DNA from: the human T2T-CHM13v2.0 reference genome, Homo sapiens
NCBI RefSeq assembly: GCF_009914755.1
Contig: NC_060926.1
DNA: 64,000 nt
Direction: 5' to 3' (one strand)
This document shows, in pieces, positions 19,521 through 36,604 of the stretch. The position numbers were made by a program, and so were the translations under genes. The notes under the pieces were generated by a model. The model was not told the origin of the DNA and did no database searches. It worked only from the letters and a program-made list of their open reading frames with translations. How positions within the stretch are numbered: the stretch's first letter is position 1; each line of letters begins with the position of its first letter.

Positions 19521-19790
19521 ATTTGACCCTTGAACACAGGTTTGAACTTTATGGGTCCACTTTTCTACGGATTTTTTCCAGTCAGGCCTCCCTATCAGCA
19601 GGTTCTACAACCACAACCAAACATGGATCACAAACACAGTATTAAGGAGACGCAAAACCTGCATGTAAGGAGGGCCGGCTTTTTGAACCCACAGGTTCCA
19701 GAGGGCTGAAGAAGGAACTTGCGTATGTGTGGATTTCAGTATTCAAGGAGGTGCTGAAACCAATTCCCCTCAGATACAGAGCGATGGTTA
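19521..19790 (-). mobile_element. MER8 (Tigger-family MITE)
   Basis: Starts TTGACCCTTGAACACAGGTTTGAACT...GGGTCCAC and ends GAAACCAATTCCCCTCAGATAC, matching MER8/Tigger2-type termini. Confidence 0.75.
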
Positions 19791-20147
19791 TAATAAAAAA
19801 AATTCTCCAGTTTTAAGAATCTACAGTAATTCTGAAGCACTAAACCAAAACGGCAAACTCTTAAGCAGATGAACTCAATAAAAATGTTTTCTCAGTTATT
19901 TTTCATTCACAAAATGTAGCACAGTGTCTATCACATAGTAGGACTCATTATTTGTCAAATGAACATCAGCCATGGCCTGGCAACATGTTGAAATGGATGC
20001 AACAGAAGTGGAATTTCATACAGAATACTACTTTGAAATGATATGTGAATTATTTTATTTATTTTGATCAAAGTCATAATGTGTAATAGGTTAAGACTAC
20101 TCAAAAATTCCTAAGAAAAAATGATAGTTTCCCCATTCTGTTCTCTC

Positions 20148-20890
<743 letters not shown>

Positions 20891-20899
20891 TAAGGATTC

Positions 20900-21830
20900 A
20901 AAACATTTAAAATCTATGTATGTTCCCCTCTCCCTCATGTTAGCACACTACACATTATTCTACACCTTAGCTTTTCCATTTAGTAAGCGCTCTGAGATAA
21001 TTCCATGTCCATATATTTAATAGCTGCCTCATTCTATATATAACACTATATGTACAGTATTCTACTGTATGGGCACCCTAATTATTTATTTAGCTTCCTC
21101 TGAGGAACACTTAAGCTGCTTCCAATCTTGGTATTTCCAACTATGCACCAAATGTACACTTGATCCACAAGATAAATTGTTAAACTGTCCTTCCTGGAGT
21201 TAATTTCAATTTATACTCCCACTAGCAATGCATAAATGTTCCCATTTCTCAACATCTTTCTGAACCCAGTGTGTAACAAACTTTAAACACCTTTTCCGGC
21301 CAGGCTTGGTGGCTCATGCCTGTAATCCCAGCACTTTGGGAGGCCAAGGCAGGCAGACTGCCTGAGCTCAGGAGTTTGTGACCAGCCTGGGAAACACGGT
21401 GAAACCCCGTCTCTACTAAAATAAAAATAAAAATAAAAATAAAAAACCTTTTCCAATCTAATGGGTGAAAAATACCTTACTACAGTTTTATTAGCATTTT
21501 TCCTTATCATAAATGCAGGTGAACATCTGTCTGTGTGTGTGTGTGTGTATTTTTTGAGACGGAGTCTCGCTCTGTTGCCCAGCCTGGAGTGCAGTGGTGT
21601 GATATCGGCTCACTGCAACCTCCGCCACTCAGGTTCACGCCATTATCCTGCCTCAGCCTCCTGAGTAGCTGGGATTACAGGCACATGCCGCCACACTGGG
21701 CTAATTTCTGTATTTTTACTAGAGAAGGGGTTTCACCATGTTGGTGAGTGTATATCCTTTGCCCTTTTCCTAATGAGTTTTTCCTTACTGCTTTGTAGGA
21801 ACTCTATATACTAATTAGTTCATTTTTTAG
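20900..21830 (-). mobile_element. Old L1M fragments interrupted by Alu pieces
   Basis: TATACTCCCACTAGCAATGCATAAATGTTCCCATTTCTC and TTTGTAGGAACTCTATATA motifs. Confidence 0.6.
21298..21745. mobile_element. Alu left monomer (21298-21445 plus) and partial Alu (21531-21745 minus)
   Basis: Alu monomer motifs. Confidence 0.88.
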
Positions 21831-21857
21831 CTGTCTCTCAGATGAAACTATATGTAA

Positions 21858-23014
<1,157 letters not shown>

Positions 23015-23673
23015 AAATGTTACTAATTTTAGAGCAATAAAGAGCAGTATATCAGATTAAAACACACTGCATTCACTTTCAGTATGGAGTACTTAAGAAA
23101 TGTGTGACTCACAACCTTAAAATAGATTCACAGAAACATGACTTTCTGGTTCCGGCAACACAGTGAGACTGAGCTTACGGAGAATACCTCCCTCTTCTAC
23201 TAAAAATAATCTAAATGCTAAGTAGAAATACTTTAAATAAAAATAGAAAAAACATACAGTAGAGCTTCAAAGAAAAGAGGGGAAATACATCGAGGCGCTA
23301 GATAGGAGGAAAGAAAGCTACAGCAATAAGTGAAAGTTTACAACACAACAACAGTGTGGAGGAGGGTGAGGACCCTAGAAAAACTTTGTCATCGCTGAGA
23401 AGTAGCCAGAAATCTACTTCCTGGGTTTTTGGGGGTGCAGTCTCCCATAAAAAGCAGAAACTCGAACCTATGTTCTTCTGTGCAGGTGCTAGTCAAACGT
23501 TTATTTCATGCATGATGTATGAAAACACAAGCTGAAAATGTTAAAAATGGGCTGGAGCACAGTGTGCCCAGCACAAATAATCAAAACTACTGTGTAAACA
23601 GAGAGATTCTCACAATCTAAGGTACACACAAGTGCCATAAAAAAAAGCAACATCCACGCTATTAAAAATAACA

Positions 23674-23976
23674 GGCTGGGTGCGATGGCTCACGCCTGTA
23701 ATCCCAACATTTTGGGAGGCCGAGGTGGGTGGATCACTTGAGGTCAGGAGTTCGAAACCAGCCTGGCCAACATGGCGAAACCCCGTCCCTACAAAAATTA
23801 GCCAGGCGTGTTGGCGGGTGCCTGTAATCCCAGCTACTCAGGAGGCTGAGGCAGGAAGATCACTTGAACCCAGGAGGTAGAGGTTTGCAGTGAGCTGAGA
23901 TTGTACCACTGCACTCCAGCCTGAGCAACAGAGCAAGACTCCAAATCAAACAAACAAACAAACAAACAAACAAAAA
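23674..23976 (+). mobile_element. Alu with (CAAA)n tail
   Basis: Dimer. Confidence 0.94.
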
Positions 23977-24199
23977 TAACAAAAATACTCAAGGGACGGA
24001 TTCTCTATCATGAGGCGTCAGCAGACACAAACAGGATAGTCAGTTCCCAAGAGCTTTAAAACTGTGTATAATAAAACATAAATATGCTGAAAATAATTAA
24101 ATAATCTTTTAAAGATGTTGAGGCTGGATACATAGGGTTACTACAGGATTTTCTTCACCTCTACCTAAGTTTGAAATTTTTCCTGACTAAAACAATCAA

Positions 24200-24900
24200 A
24201 AAGATTTTAAAAGAAAAACAGAAGCCAGGAGAAATGAACCATATATACAGTGAATTTTAAAAGGCAGCTTGGAGGTGGGAGAAGCGGAAGGGCTTTTAGA
24301 ATAAAAAAAAATGAAAACAACTTTAAAATTGGAGATGGACAAAGAAAATTAATACAACAAAAGGCATATTTGAATAAATTACTCAGAATACAGAATAAAG
24401 AATAAGACAAAAAAAGTGGAAAAATTATAAGATGCGAATAGAAAGAGAAGGTCTAAGGTAATAGCCAACAGCTATTTCAGGAGAGAACAGAAAGAATGAA
24501 GATGAGATGTTATTCTGGGATAATGGCCGAGACTTCCAGTAATGGGATAAATACCTTGAGATAGGAAAAGCACAATAAATCCCAAGCAAGATAAAAAAAA
24601 AATCATACCTAGATCATGGTAAAATTGCAGAATGCCAAAGACAAGAAAATTCTTAAAAGCAACCAGAGAAATGACACATTACCATAAAGGAAGAAACAAC
24701 AATATGACAGCTGATTTTTCATCAGAAAACAATCAAGTAAGTATCTTCAAAGTGCGGAGAAAAACAACTGTCAACTAGAATTCTGTAACCAATTAAAGCA
24801 CCACACAAAAACAGTGCAAAAACATAAAGACGTTTCCAGAAAGACAGAAGTTCCCACTCACAGATCATTACTAAAAGAAACTTTTTTAGAGTGGGAAGGA
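24200..24900 (+). mobile_element. Ancient L1M/HAL1 ORF1 remnant
   Basis: AAAATTCTTAAAAGCAACCAGAGAAA...ACAGCTGATTTTTCATCAGAAA...CTGTCAACTAGAATTCT resembles the L1 ORF1 3' half. Confidence 0.7.
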
Positions 24901-25299
24901 AGAAGTAATGGAATAAAAGAAGTCATCAATTAGAGTATTAACAGTCCAAAATAAGAGTACTGTAAAGGACTGAGTTGGCTATTAAAGCAAAGAAGTATGA
25001 AGAGGACACGTGTTTCCCGCATCTCTTTCAGAGGATTATCTTAATTTTGGAGGACAGTTACATGATTTTTTCCCCCTTAATCTACCAAGTGTCTGCCTTT
25101 TAAGACCATACTTTCTAAAATCTGACAACTGAAGTATTGATTATTTGCTCCAGAAGAAAATGTTTCACTAGAATAATCAAGGATCCTAAATATTTCAACA
25201 GCCCAGTATCTATCTTAAGGTAAATGACAAGACGACATGGGTCCATTTCACTGGTATGATTTAACCAATATCTACATGCTAATAACTCACAAATTTGCT

Positions 25300-25420
25300 C
25301 CTTACCTAGTTGTATCTCAGTTTCTTCATCTGTAAAACAATTACTGACAGTTCTTAATTCATAGGGTTGTTGTGAAGATTAAATGAGTTAACACAAACTC
25401 TGCTTGGTACATAACCCTCA
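25300..25420. mobile_element. MIR
   Basis: CTCAGTTTCTTCATCTGTAAAA...ATAGGGTTGTTGTGAAGATTAAATGAG core. Confidence 0.75.
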
Positions 25421-25525
25421 ATTGTGTCATACAGCATGACACAAATCTTTCTCTTACATACCATACCAAGTGCCTCCGACATATATTAACATCTGGATGG
25501 ACCACTGGAACTTTAAACTTTACTC

Positions 25526-25815
<290 letters not shown>

Positions 25816-26602
25816 TACTCATTTTTTAAAAATTAAATTTACCTTCCTGACACGATCTACTATTGATTCTGCTCCCCTACTCGATTTTCTGTCTTAGGAA
25901 AAGTACTCAGTAGCCCTAGGCAGAAACCTAGGAGTCACCCTACTCTTTCTTTGGACTCATTCTCCCTGCCTTCTATATTTAGTCACCCAAGCCCCTGGAA
26001 GTAGTTTTCTCCAGGAAGTCAAGACTGATTTGGAAACTTTTCTCAGACAAGTAAGCATAGTATACTTTGAGAACATATATTTCCCTTCTCTTTAGAGCCA
26101 CTGAAAGAAAAGATATTTTCTTGTCCGGGTTTGATACATAAGGACACTGAAGGATCCAATGTACAGTCTAAAAAAGTGTGAACCACAATCAGTGCACTAA
26201 CAAATCTACCCCCTACTGTGGAGACGATGGTCATTCAACATTTGAGCAGCATCCAACTCTTCTCTGTCATACCACACTTACTAAACAATTTAATGATTAT
26301 GTCTTGATTCCTACGTGAGTCTATCTGCCTCCTGAAAGAGAACATACTAGTCATGTCAACACAGTACTGCAATCTTTGTGCTAGTTATGGCTCACTGTAA
26401 ATGAATAAGCTAACTTTCCTGGTTTTATGCACCAGTCGCATGAGCTTGATCACTGTGGATCTAGGCTTGAAAGATTGCTCCACCCTGGTATAGCTCACAA
26501 AGCTAAAGGCCACACCATGAATTGCAGTAAACTCACAAGAGTAATGCTAACCCTCCCGCTCCATCTTTTGGGAAATACCCCCCAACACATACACACTCCT
26601 AA

Positions 26603-27193
<591 letters not shown>

Positions 27194-30100
27194 TAACTGT
27201 ATCATTTCACCTCAACTGCTCCAATAATCTAACTGATCTACCAGGTTTTTGGGTTCCTCTTTCTCGGATCCAGTTTACACCTTGCTGCCAGATTAATCTT
27301 AAATTCCATTGCGGGCACGTTAACTCCTTCTCAAAACCCCCAATGGCCTGTTAAAGGATAAACTTAAAGCCAGACATTGTTCTGCAGACTCAAGGTCCTG
27401 CAGAATCAGACCCTAACCTAGAGCTTCCAGGTAATTTAAATGGTAAAGAGATATTGATCCCCTTAGTAACCACCACAGCAGGGTGAGAAATCCATTTTCC
27501 TCTGTACTATACAAAGATTGTTATTCTGTGTGCCATTACACAAAAGGAGTTGGGAAGCATTGTCCTGACTGACATCAACCTTATGTCTATTATAACCTTT
27601 TCTGGACCAGTAGGAGGAGTGTGGAGCAACAACAAGGTGCCTCCCAAAAACCTAAGTGGCACTCTAAGAAGTAACATATGCAAGTATTCTTCATGTCAGG
27701 ATGCTAGGAATACAGCAGGTATTGGGAGGAAAGTTTAAAAAGCAACACTAAGTATCTCCAGCACTACTCAAAGATAAAGCCACCCGAGCCCATGAGTACA
27801 GTCTTTCAACAGTAAGGCAGCTACACTGAGGCTAGATGCAGCACTATTAGAGTGACTGGTCATGAAGGTCATCCAACTACAGCCTCTTGTTGATTTCTGT
27901 GTTCACCACTCAATCTTCTAGTGGTAATTTGGGTCCTCCTGTACATTTACCAACAAACAATAAACATGGCTCGATCATGTCTCTTTGCCTGACTTAATCC
28001 TTGCAGCTCCTCTCTCAACAGACCAACAAATTAGACATAGAGCCAACAGGATGAGGGAGGGACAAACCCTCAACCATGAATGTACACTATTTTACTCGTC
28101 TAGCACCCTACTACCTCTTCCTTATCCTGATAAGAAGAGGGAAAATCCTTCAAAAATATTTTTTTTAAAAAGTGTTATTGGGCCTTCATATGGAGCACTC
28201 ATTAATGTGAATTTGCTTTTCTGGATGAAAAAGGATTAACATCAGTATTTGTGCAGACTAAAAATCACATCACATAAAAAGTTTTCAAACTTTTGAGATT
28301 TAAGTCTAAAAGGAACAAAAAAGGCATAAAACCCAACATTAACTGGAATATTTGCCAAATTAATGTCATGAATTAAACAATAAGTTGTCATGATGTCAGA
28401 GAATATGGGCTCCTCACACTCAGTGGGATATGTGCCACTGTAGTTATAGTGAAAGCAAATACAAGCCTAAGGGTAGGCTTATGCAATCAAGTGGTTTATT
28501 ATTTTTGTGGGCTAAAGAAAATAAGGAGCTAAAACCCACAGGATAAACAGGCAAAAGAGAAAGGGAAGCAGCAGATGAAGAGAATCCAAGACTCTAAATA
28601 CAAAGAGAAGAAGCATTATCTCCATGACCCAAATATTTCTCGACATCTTTTCCCAGTCCATCTGATCTCTAGCCACCACCATCCCACAACCCAGGCAAAA
28701 TTACATACAGTAATATTGCTATCAACATCTGCTATAGCACAGTGGTGTCTTACAGGGAAAGGGACAGCCTTTTTGTGAGCACAGTATTACCTTGCCCCTG
28801 CCCCAAACAATTAACCATGTAAAAAAAATAAAGATGTAGTTGAGGAAAAATGTTCACCCTGTCTTCCAACTCAGGTACTGAGGTGCTGTGACTGCAGTGG
28901 TGAAGATACCTAACAGAAAGATGGTAGCCTCTGACAAGTCATGAGGCAATAAAGTAAGGGTATGCGTGAGCTGCAATGTGACAGTATTAGAGAAAATCAG
29001 AGTGTTTGTTCCTTCACTTCATCCAATGCAGCCTAACCAATTCCAGATGCTATTAGCAATAAACATAATGTCCAGTCTCTGGGCTCCTATGCTATATCCC
29101 CACATTTTAGAAGCTGGATACTGAGTGGCCATAACCGCAATATAAAATGTTCTACCTTCTGCTCCAAGATTCCCAGGATATTCAGGTTTGGAAGAAAAGT
29201 TTAATACTTCCACTGGTGACACATACTACATTCCAAATCTGTCAATCTGCATTAAAAACAATTACACATACATCACCATCATTTAGCAACATTTCCAGGA
29301 CAGTGCTACAAAAAGAACCAAGGCAAATAAACGCCAAAGTCTATACATACTTTCTTCCCCTTAGAGAATTTACAATTTACTAGCATCCACAAGCTGTTTT
29401 AGCTACTGATTTGGGAAAGGCATCTGTTTTTTAGCCATTAATTTGTGGAGGAAAAGGACAAATCATAAAGAAGAAACAAAGAACTTTCCTTAAAATGGGG
29501 GGCAAAAGTCAAATCTTGGTCTGGTCATAAAGTAATCAAAATGGACAGACATCCTGATACCTAATAAAAGGATGTTGCATTAAACAAAAATAGGTCAAAA
29601 TTGCCTTGCTAGCTTAGTATATATGGGTCAAGTTTTGCTATATCCTAAGAAGACTACTAAAGATAGAAAATGGTTTATACTAGCAAGGACACAAGTATAC
29701 TTTGATTTGAGCTTTGCCTAAGTCTATGGCAAACTGAATTAAGCCACTACTACGTTATAGAAATTACGTCATTATTTGCAGGCTAACTTTTCCATTTATA
29801 ACTAACACATGCCATATACATTTATCTCTGCAGCTGAAGTATATACAACCCCTTCCTGCCTCTAGTCTATCAGCTCTGTTATGGGGTACAAAGGGAAGAA
29901 TAGAGTCAACAGGAATTTAAGAGCCTATGGTTAAGAAAATTATTTCGCATTTACAACTAAACTTATATGAGTTACTGATCATATTCAAATGAACCCCCAG
30001 GGACAACATAAAAACCCTGGACGTGAAGTAGTGTTTAACAGTACATAGAGGAAAAAATAAAGATGAAGTCCTTATTCTTATGTCCTTACAGCTTACCAAT

Positions 30101-30274
30101 ACTGATCTGAATTGGGCATAATTTACTTTGCTAGCAGTCACAAGAGCAACTTAGGAAACCGGTAAACTCCAGACAATATAGAACTGAACTGGATCTCATT
30201 ACCAAACTTGGTGAAAAAGAAGACACTATATAAACATAATCACACATTATTACAGAGGGTAAAAAATTAGAGCA

Positions 30275-30379
30275 GGCTGGTCCGAAGGTAAGGAGTTATC
30301 TTGATTGTTCATTCAGTTACCAAATCAAACTCCTTGTTCTACTCTTCCCCCTTTCTCACTACTGCACTTGACTAGTCTT
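30275..30379 (+). pseudogene. Y1 RNA (RNY1-like) processed pseudogene
   Basis: GGCTGGTCCGAAGGTA...TTGATTGTTCA...CTCCTTGTTCTACTCTTCCCC...CTACTGCACTTGACTAGTCTT matches hY1. Followed by an A-rich tail and a probable TSD (aaattagagca / aactagagca). Confidence 0.93.
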
Positions 30380-31952
30380 AAAAAGAATTTTTTTCAATTC
30401 AGAAAATAATAAAAAGAAAAAAAAAAAAAGAACTAGAGCAAAGGTAAGAAAGTGGGCAATATAGGAAAGAACCACAGGTAGTTTCATGTGGTTGGAGGAC
30501 AGAGGGAACAATGAGTGAGAAAAGAGGCTGAAGAAAAATGCTGGAAGGTCTCAGAGGTCCTCTTAGGGAACCCAAACTCCATGTTACATGGTAATGATTG
30601 AGTGAAGAAGCAGTAATTATTCCTTCCCCAAGTCTTTATGAGCAATACCAGTATATATTAAAACAGATAAAAGGGAGCACACTGGTTGAAGGGCATATAT
30701 ATTTAAAGCCTAGATTCTTCCCCACTTACACACAAGGGAATTCAGAGAAAGGAGAGATGATCTCAGAAGAACAGGGTCCTGTAAAGGAGGGCTCTACAAT
30801 GAAAGGCAGTAGGAGAACTCAAAGAACACGATTCTAGAAAAGGGGAATTTGAGTTTCACAGCTAACTAGCTGTGGAACTGAGTAAATTAACATGCCTCAA
30901 TTTCCTTACAATTTCCTTACTCATGTCTTATCTACCCATAACTGCACACTGGATGGTGCTAGGTAACAGAATTGAAAAGTATTAACAAGCTATAATTTGT
31001 AACTATAGAACGTAATAGTACCCAAATTGCATTTCGTAGGATGGGTGTGATTTCAGCGTGCAGAAAGGGAGAGGGAATACATTACAGTAGAGTAATGGAA
31101 ACAAAATACAGCGCTGTCAACTTGGCTAGAACACAGGAACCACAGAAATCATGAGTTTTCCTTATACCCAATTAGATCTGATTATATTTTCTATAAGTGT
31201 GAGAATTTCAGATCAAGGATAAATGAATTGTTATTTCAACAAATGGTGCCAGGGCAACTGGATATCCACATGCAAAAGAATAAAATTGGACCTTTTCCTC
31301 ACTCCATATGCAAAAAGGAACTCAAAATGGACTAAAGACCTAAACACAGGAGCTAAAATGATAAAACTTAGAAGAAATCATAAGTATATATCTTCATGAC
31401 CTTGGACTAGGCAATGGTTTCTTAGATCTTATACCAAAAACATAAGCAACCAAAAAAAAAAAAAAAGGACTTCAAAATTAACAATGTTTCTGCTTCAAAG
31501 GACACTAACAAGACAATCCACAGAACGGGAGAAAAACATTTGCAAATCATCTATCTGATAAAGGTCTAGTATCCATAATATATTTAAAAAAAAAAAAAGA
31601 TTACAACCCAATGATAAAAACACAAATAACCCAATTTTAAAACAAGCAAAGGATCTGAACAGACATTTCTCCAAAGAGCATATACTAAAGGCCAATAAGT
31701 ACATGATACCATTTCATATCCACCAGGATTGGTGAGGATGTAGAGAAACTGGAACTCTCTTACACTGTGGTGGGAATGTAAGATAGTACAGCCACTTCGG
31801 AAAACAATCTGGCAGTTCCTAAAACATTAAATGGGTATATACACAAGAGAAATGAAAACATGCCCAAGCAAATTCTCACAGCAGCATTATTCTTAACAGC
31901 CTAAAGGTAGAAGCAACCCAAATATGTCCATCGATGGACAAAAGATTTTTAA

Positions 31953-32271
<319 letters not shown>

Positions 32272-32657
32272 AAAAAAAGTAGTATTTCTATACAGTGTAA
32301 TATTATTCAGCCACAAAAAGAAGCACAAAATTCTGATACATGTTTCAACATAAACATTATGCAAAATGAAATAAGCTAGACACAAAAAGACAACTATTCT
32401 ATAATTCCACTTATATGAGGTACCTAGAGTAGTCAAATTCATAGAAAGTAGAATGGTGGTTGCCAGCGGGGAATGGAGAGCTTCTGTTTAATGGGTATAG
32501 AGTTTCAGTTTTGCAAGATGAAGAGTTGCAGACGATGGTTGCTGGTTGCATTGCACGACAAAATGAATGTACTTAATACCACTGAACTGTAGCTTAAGAA
32601 GGGTTAAAACGCTAACTTTTATGTTACGTGTTATCTTACCACACTATAAGAGTTTTA

Positions 32658-32963
<306 letters not shown>

Positions 32964-33524
32964 CTACAACACAAATAAACCTTGAGGGCATTAGGCTAAG
33001 TGAAAGAAGCCAGACACAAAACACTACATATTATATGATTCTGTTTATATGAAATGTCCAGAAGAGGCAAATCTATAGGGATAGAAAGCAGATTAGTGGT
33101 TGTCAGGAGCTGAGGTAAGGGAAGATAGTGAATGACTATTAATGGATATAGAATTTGTGGTAATGAAAACGTTCTGGAATTAATAATGATGGCTGCACAA
33201 CTTTGTGAATAAACTAAAAACCACAGAATCATATTTAAAAAGGTAAAATTTATGGTATTTGAATTATATTTAATTTTAAAATATATGTAAACTGACACTC
33301 CAAGTTTTTACATAAGGACAACAAAAAACAAGATAGCTTCTCTAACAAGGATAGTATCTGCAACTAAGCCAAATTATTTTGTAAACATTTCTTTGAAACT
33401 TAAGGAAAGGAGATAAGTTTCCTTAGAGAAATTAATTCTAAAGAGGGAAATTATTTGTGTAGCAATCATCACTATGACTTTTCAATATATGTGCCTATAC
33501 TTTTTAGAGTTGTCTTTGTTTCAT

Positions 33525-33824
33525 TTTCTTTTTTGAGACAGAGACTAGGTCTGTCACCCAGGCTTGAGTGAAGTGGCAGGAAGACGGATCACTGCAGCCT
33601 AAACCTCCTGGGCTTAAGAGACCCTCTTGCCTCAACCGCCAGTTAGCTCACAGGCACATACCACATCCCCAGCCACTGTTTTGATTTTTTTTTTTTTTTT
33701 TTGGTAGAGACAGGGTCTCACACTTTGTTGCCAGGGCTGGTCTCGAATTCCTGGACTCAAGCAATCCTCCCGTGTTAGCCTCCCAAATTGCTAGGGTTAT
33801 AGGTGTGAGCCACCCTGCCCAGCC
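33525..33824 (-). mobile_element. Alu (J-like)
   Basis: Diverged reverse dimer. Confidence 0.9.
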
Positions 33825-34473
33825 TATGTTTATTTCAGATGTTCAAAACAACAAACAAAAATAACACACTAGAAAAAATGATCAGAGAATACGTGTTAAA
33901 TGAGAAATAGTTCAGGGCTTTTATAAATTTGTGACCTCCACCCTTCCCCTTAGTCCTTTTTCTCCATAAACTCTAATTACAAATTCTACTACCACAGCAA
34001 AAAAGAGGAATACATCCTTCTGAAAAAATAATATTTGAGAATCTATACTAATAATCTTAGTAGGTCCTTTAAAGACTCAACAGACGTGGGGGCTAAATAT
34101 GTTGCTTTGGTATCCTGATATAAACTTAAAAGAAAACTACAGTAGTTTCATCAATAGCTAAAATAAGTTTATAAACATTTACCAGGCCATTTTGATTACA
34201 AGCAGAAATGTTCAGAAACCTGTCCTGGACAAAAAATAAATCACTAAGTGCTTTTTGGTATCTGTATAAGAAGGATCACCTTCCAGAGATGTACAGCTGA
34301 TCGTCAACAACAAAATAGAGGTATACAACCTTAAATCCTACCTGCTGAGTTATTCAAACTGCATCAGTGTACACTGTACTATTTAAAACAGCAAGAAATA
34401 AGGCATGAAAAACCCTAACAATAAATACAGTAATACCAAAAAAAGGTATTAAATGTTTAAATGTTATATGTGC

Positions 34474-34590
34474 ACTTCAGCCCAGGAGGCAGAGGTTGCA
34501 GTGAACTGAGATCGTGCCACTACATTCCAGCCTGGGAGACAGAGGGAGACCTTGTCTCACCAAAAAAAAACATACACAAAAAAACAAAGA
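34474..34590 (+). mobile_element. Alu 3' fragment
   Basis: CCCAGGAGGCAGAGGTTGCAGTGA followed by a tail. Confidence 0.88.
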
Positions 34591-35952
34591 GTTACATGTA
34601 AAAAAATTAAAAATATATTAAAAATTTAATTATGTAAAAAGTAACTTCCACAGAGCATAGCTATATTTAATGGGATATTCTATCCTTCCAAATGGTGGTC
34701 TCTGCAATCAGGCACCAAATAATCAAGAGTATTTTAAATCCGTAATGTAACCTTTCCAACCTCTTATCCATCAGAATCCCAAGAGGGCAAACACTAGCAC
34801 TGAAGATCTAAAAAGTATATTCCCAAATGACTGGAAACAGTACCAGGCTGAAAGATCAGAACACCTAGTATAAATATGTTTAACTGCAGAGGTTTAACAA
34901 CTGTAGCTTTTAAGAGCAAAAATCCTGTGAGCTGCATTCAAGTAATGTTTGGTGGAATGTACAAAACAAGAGGGAAAATGGAGTACTAATTATTGAAGAA
35001 CAACAGCAGTAAGAGTTATTCAGGAATAAAATGTCTAATCTGATGATCCATATAGCTTATGGCTTTAAAGCATTTTCACACACTTCTCCATTTATTTCCT
35101 CCAATCACCGCGACATGACGTTCACAATCTATGACCATCCTTTAAGAAAGCATTTAAATTTATGTAAGTTCTTATCATCATGGTCTCACCACTTGCACCA
35201 TTATTTTTCCATTTCTCTAAGTAAAGCCTGTAGCAAAGGTACAGGAGACAGAATGTTCAAATGAAGAGTATCGTACAGAATATGTATTTAGTACCACACT
35301 GTGCCAAACCCAACTGGATACTGTAGTAAAAATCCAGATGACAAAGAGATCATGAAATACTACTCATCTGGATAGAAAAACATGTAAACTGACAATCAAA
35401 GGTTGGTATGAAGACAAGTTTCACTGATAAATACTTTGACCAATGCTGGTTAACAGCTAACCTGACTTACTGCCTCCAAAAGCTGTGTATTTTTAAAACT
35501 TAAATGCAACCAGCTCTGAAAGACCATTATCCATATTTTTCATGGATGTCAACTCTGCTTTTTGGTCAGGTATTGGGAGGGGCAAGTTAAGAGATTATTA
35601 ACTTCATATTATCCTTCTCAACACAAGAAAGCAGAAAGACATTCCAACATACCAGATCTTTAGCTGGTTTCCAGGAATTAACAGGGACTTTTATTACCCA
35701 ATGTCTAATATCAACTATTCTCCTTTCTTCATTATCACATCTGTGATTTTCCTGGTCTTCAAACCTATATTCCTAGGGATAAGATGGGGTGCAGGGGCAG
35801 AGAAATGGGAAGGGTGGGGAAGGTTTTACAAATTCCATTATCACCACATATGATGACTACTCAGAAAATAAACTGCTCAATCACCCAAACACAGTAATAA
35901 AATTCTCGTAGAACAGCAGTTCTACTATTAACTTCAGTAATTAAATTCTCAT

Positions 35953-36223
35953 AGGGCAAAGTATAGTCTGGGAACCCCTAGAGGTCTCCCCTATATCCTT
36001 TGTGGGGTGGAGAGGAGACAAAGTAAAACCACTTTCATAAGTCTAAGATATTTGCTTTTTTTCCACTGTCATTTTCTCACAAGTGGAGTTTTCCAGAAGC
36101 TACAGGAGGTGGAATACTACAATAGGTTGAATGAAATGCAATGCCGCTATTCTCATTCAATTTTTTGTTAAAGTTATTTTATTTTCTAAAAAGGGGTCCT
36201 GAGATCAAATTTGTGAACCACTG
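35953..36223. mobile_element. Charlie1-family fragment (internally deleted)
   Basis: GTGGAGTTTTCCAGAAGCTACA and a terminal AAAAGGGGTCCTGAGATC...GAACCACTG. Confidence 0.65.
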
Positions 36224-36604
36224 TCCCAGAGTATGGCCAATTAAGACGTCTTACACAGCATCTGGTAACTCCATCAATCTACTTAGCACTCATCACCCAA
36301 ACAAAAAAGTGATGGTGCCAGTGATGTCTCCTAAGTGGGGATCAATACCGTTCTATACATTCTCGTATCTTGAGGATAACAAGACACAGGCTACACACTA
36401 TCTTCTTGCTATATGTATTAAAGACACTCAACCAGTGATGTGAAATATCATAACCCCCAATACATGGCAACCAACAATTACAGTGAACACCCCCACATAT
36501 CCACCACCTGGATCTTACCATTAACCTTTTGCCATACTTGCTTTTTCAGATACCCATACATTTCTAGCAGTTACAAGCTGAAGACATAAGTACAGGCATA
36601 TCAC

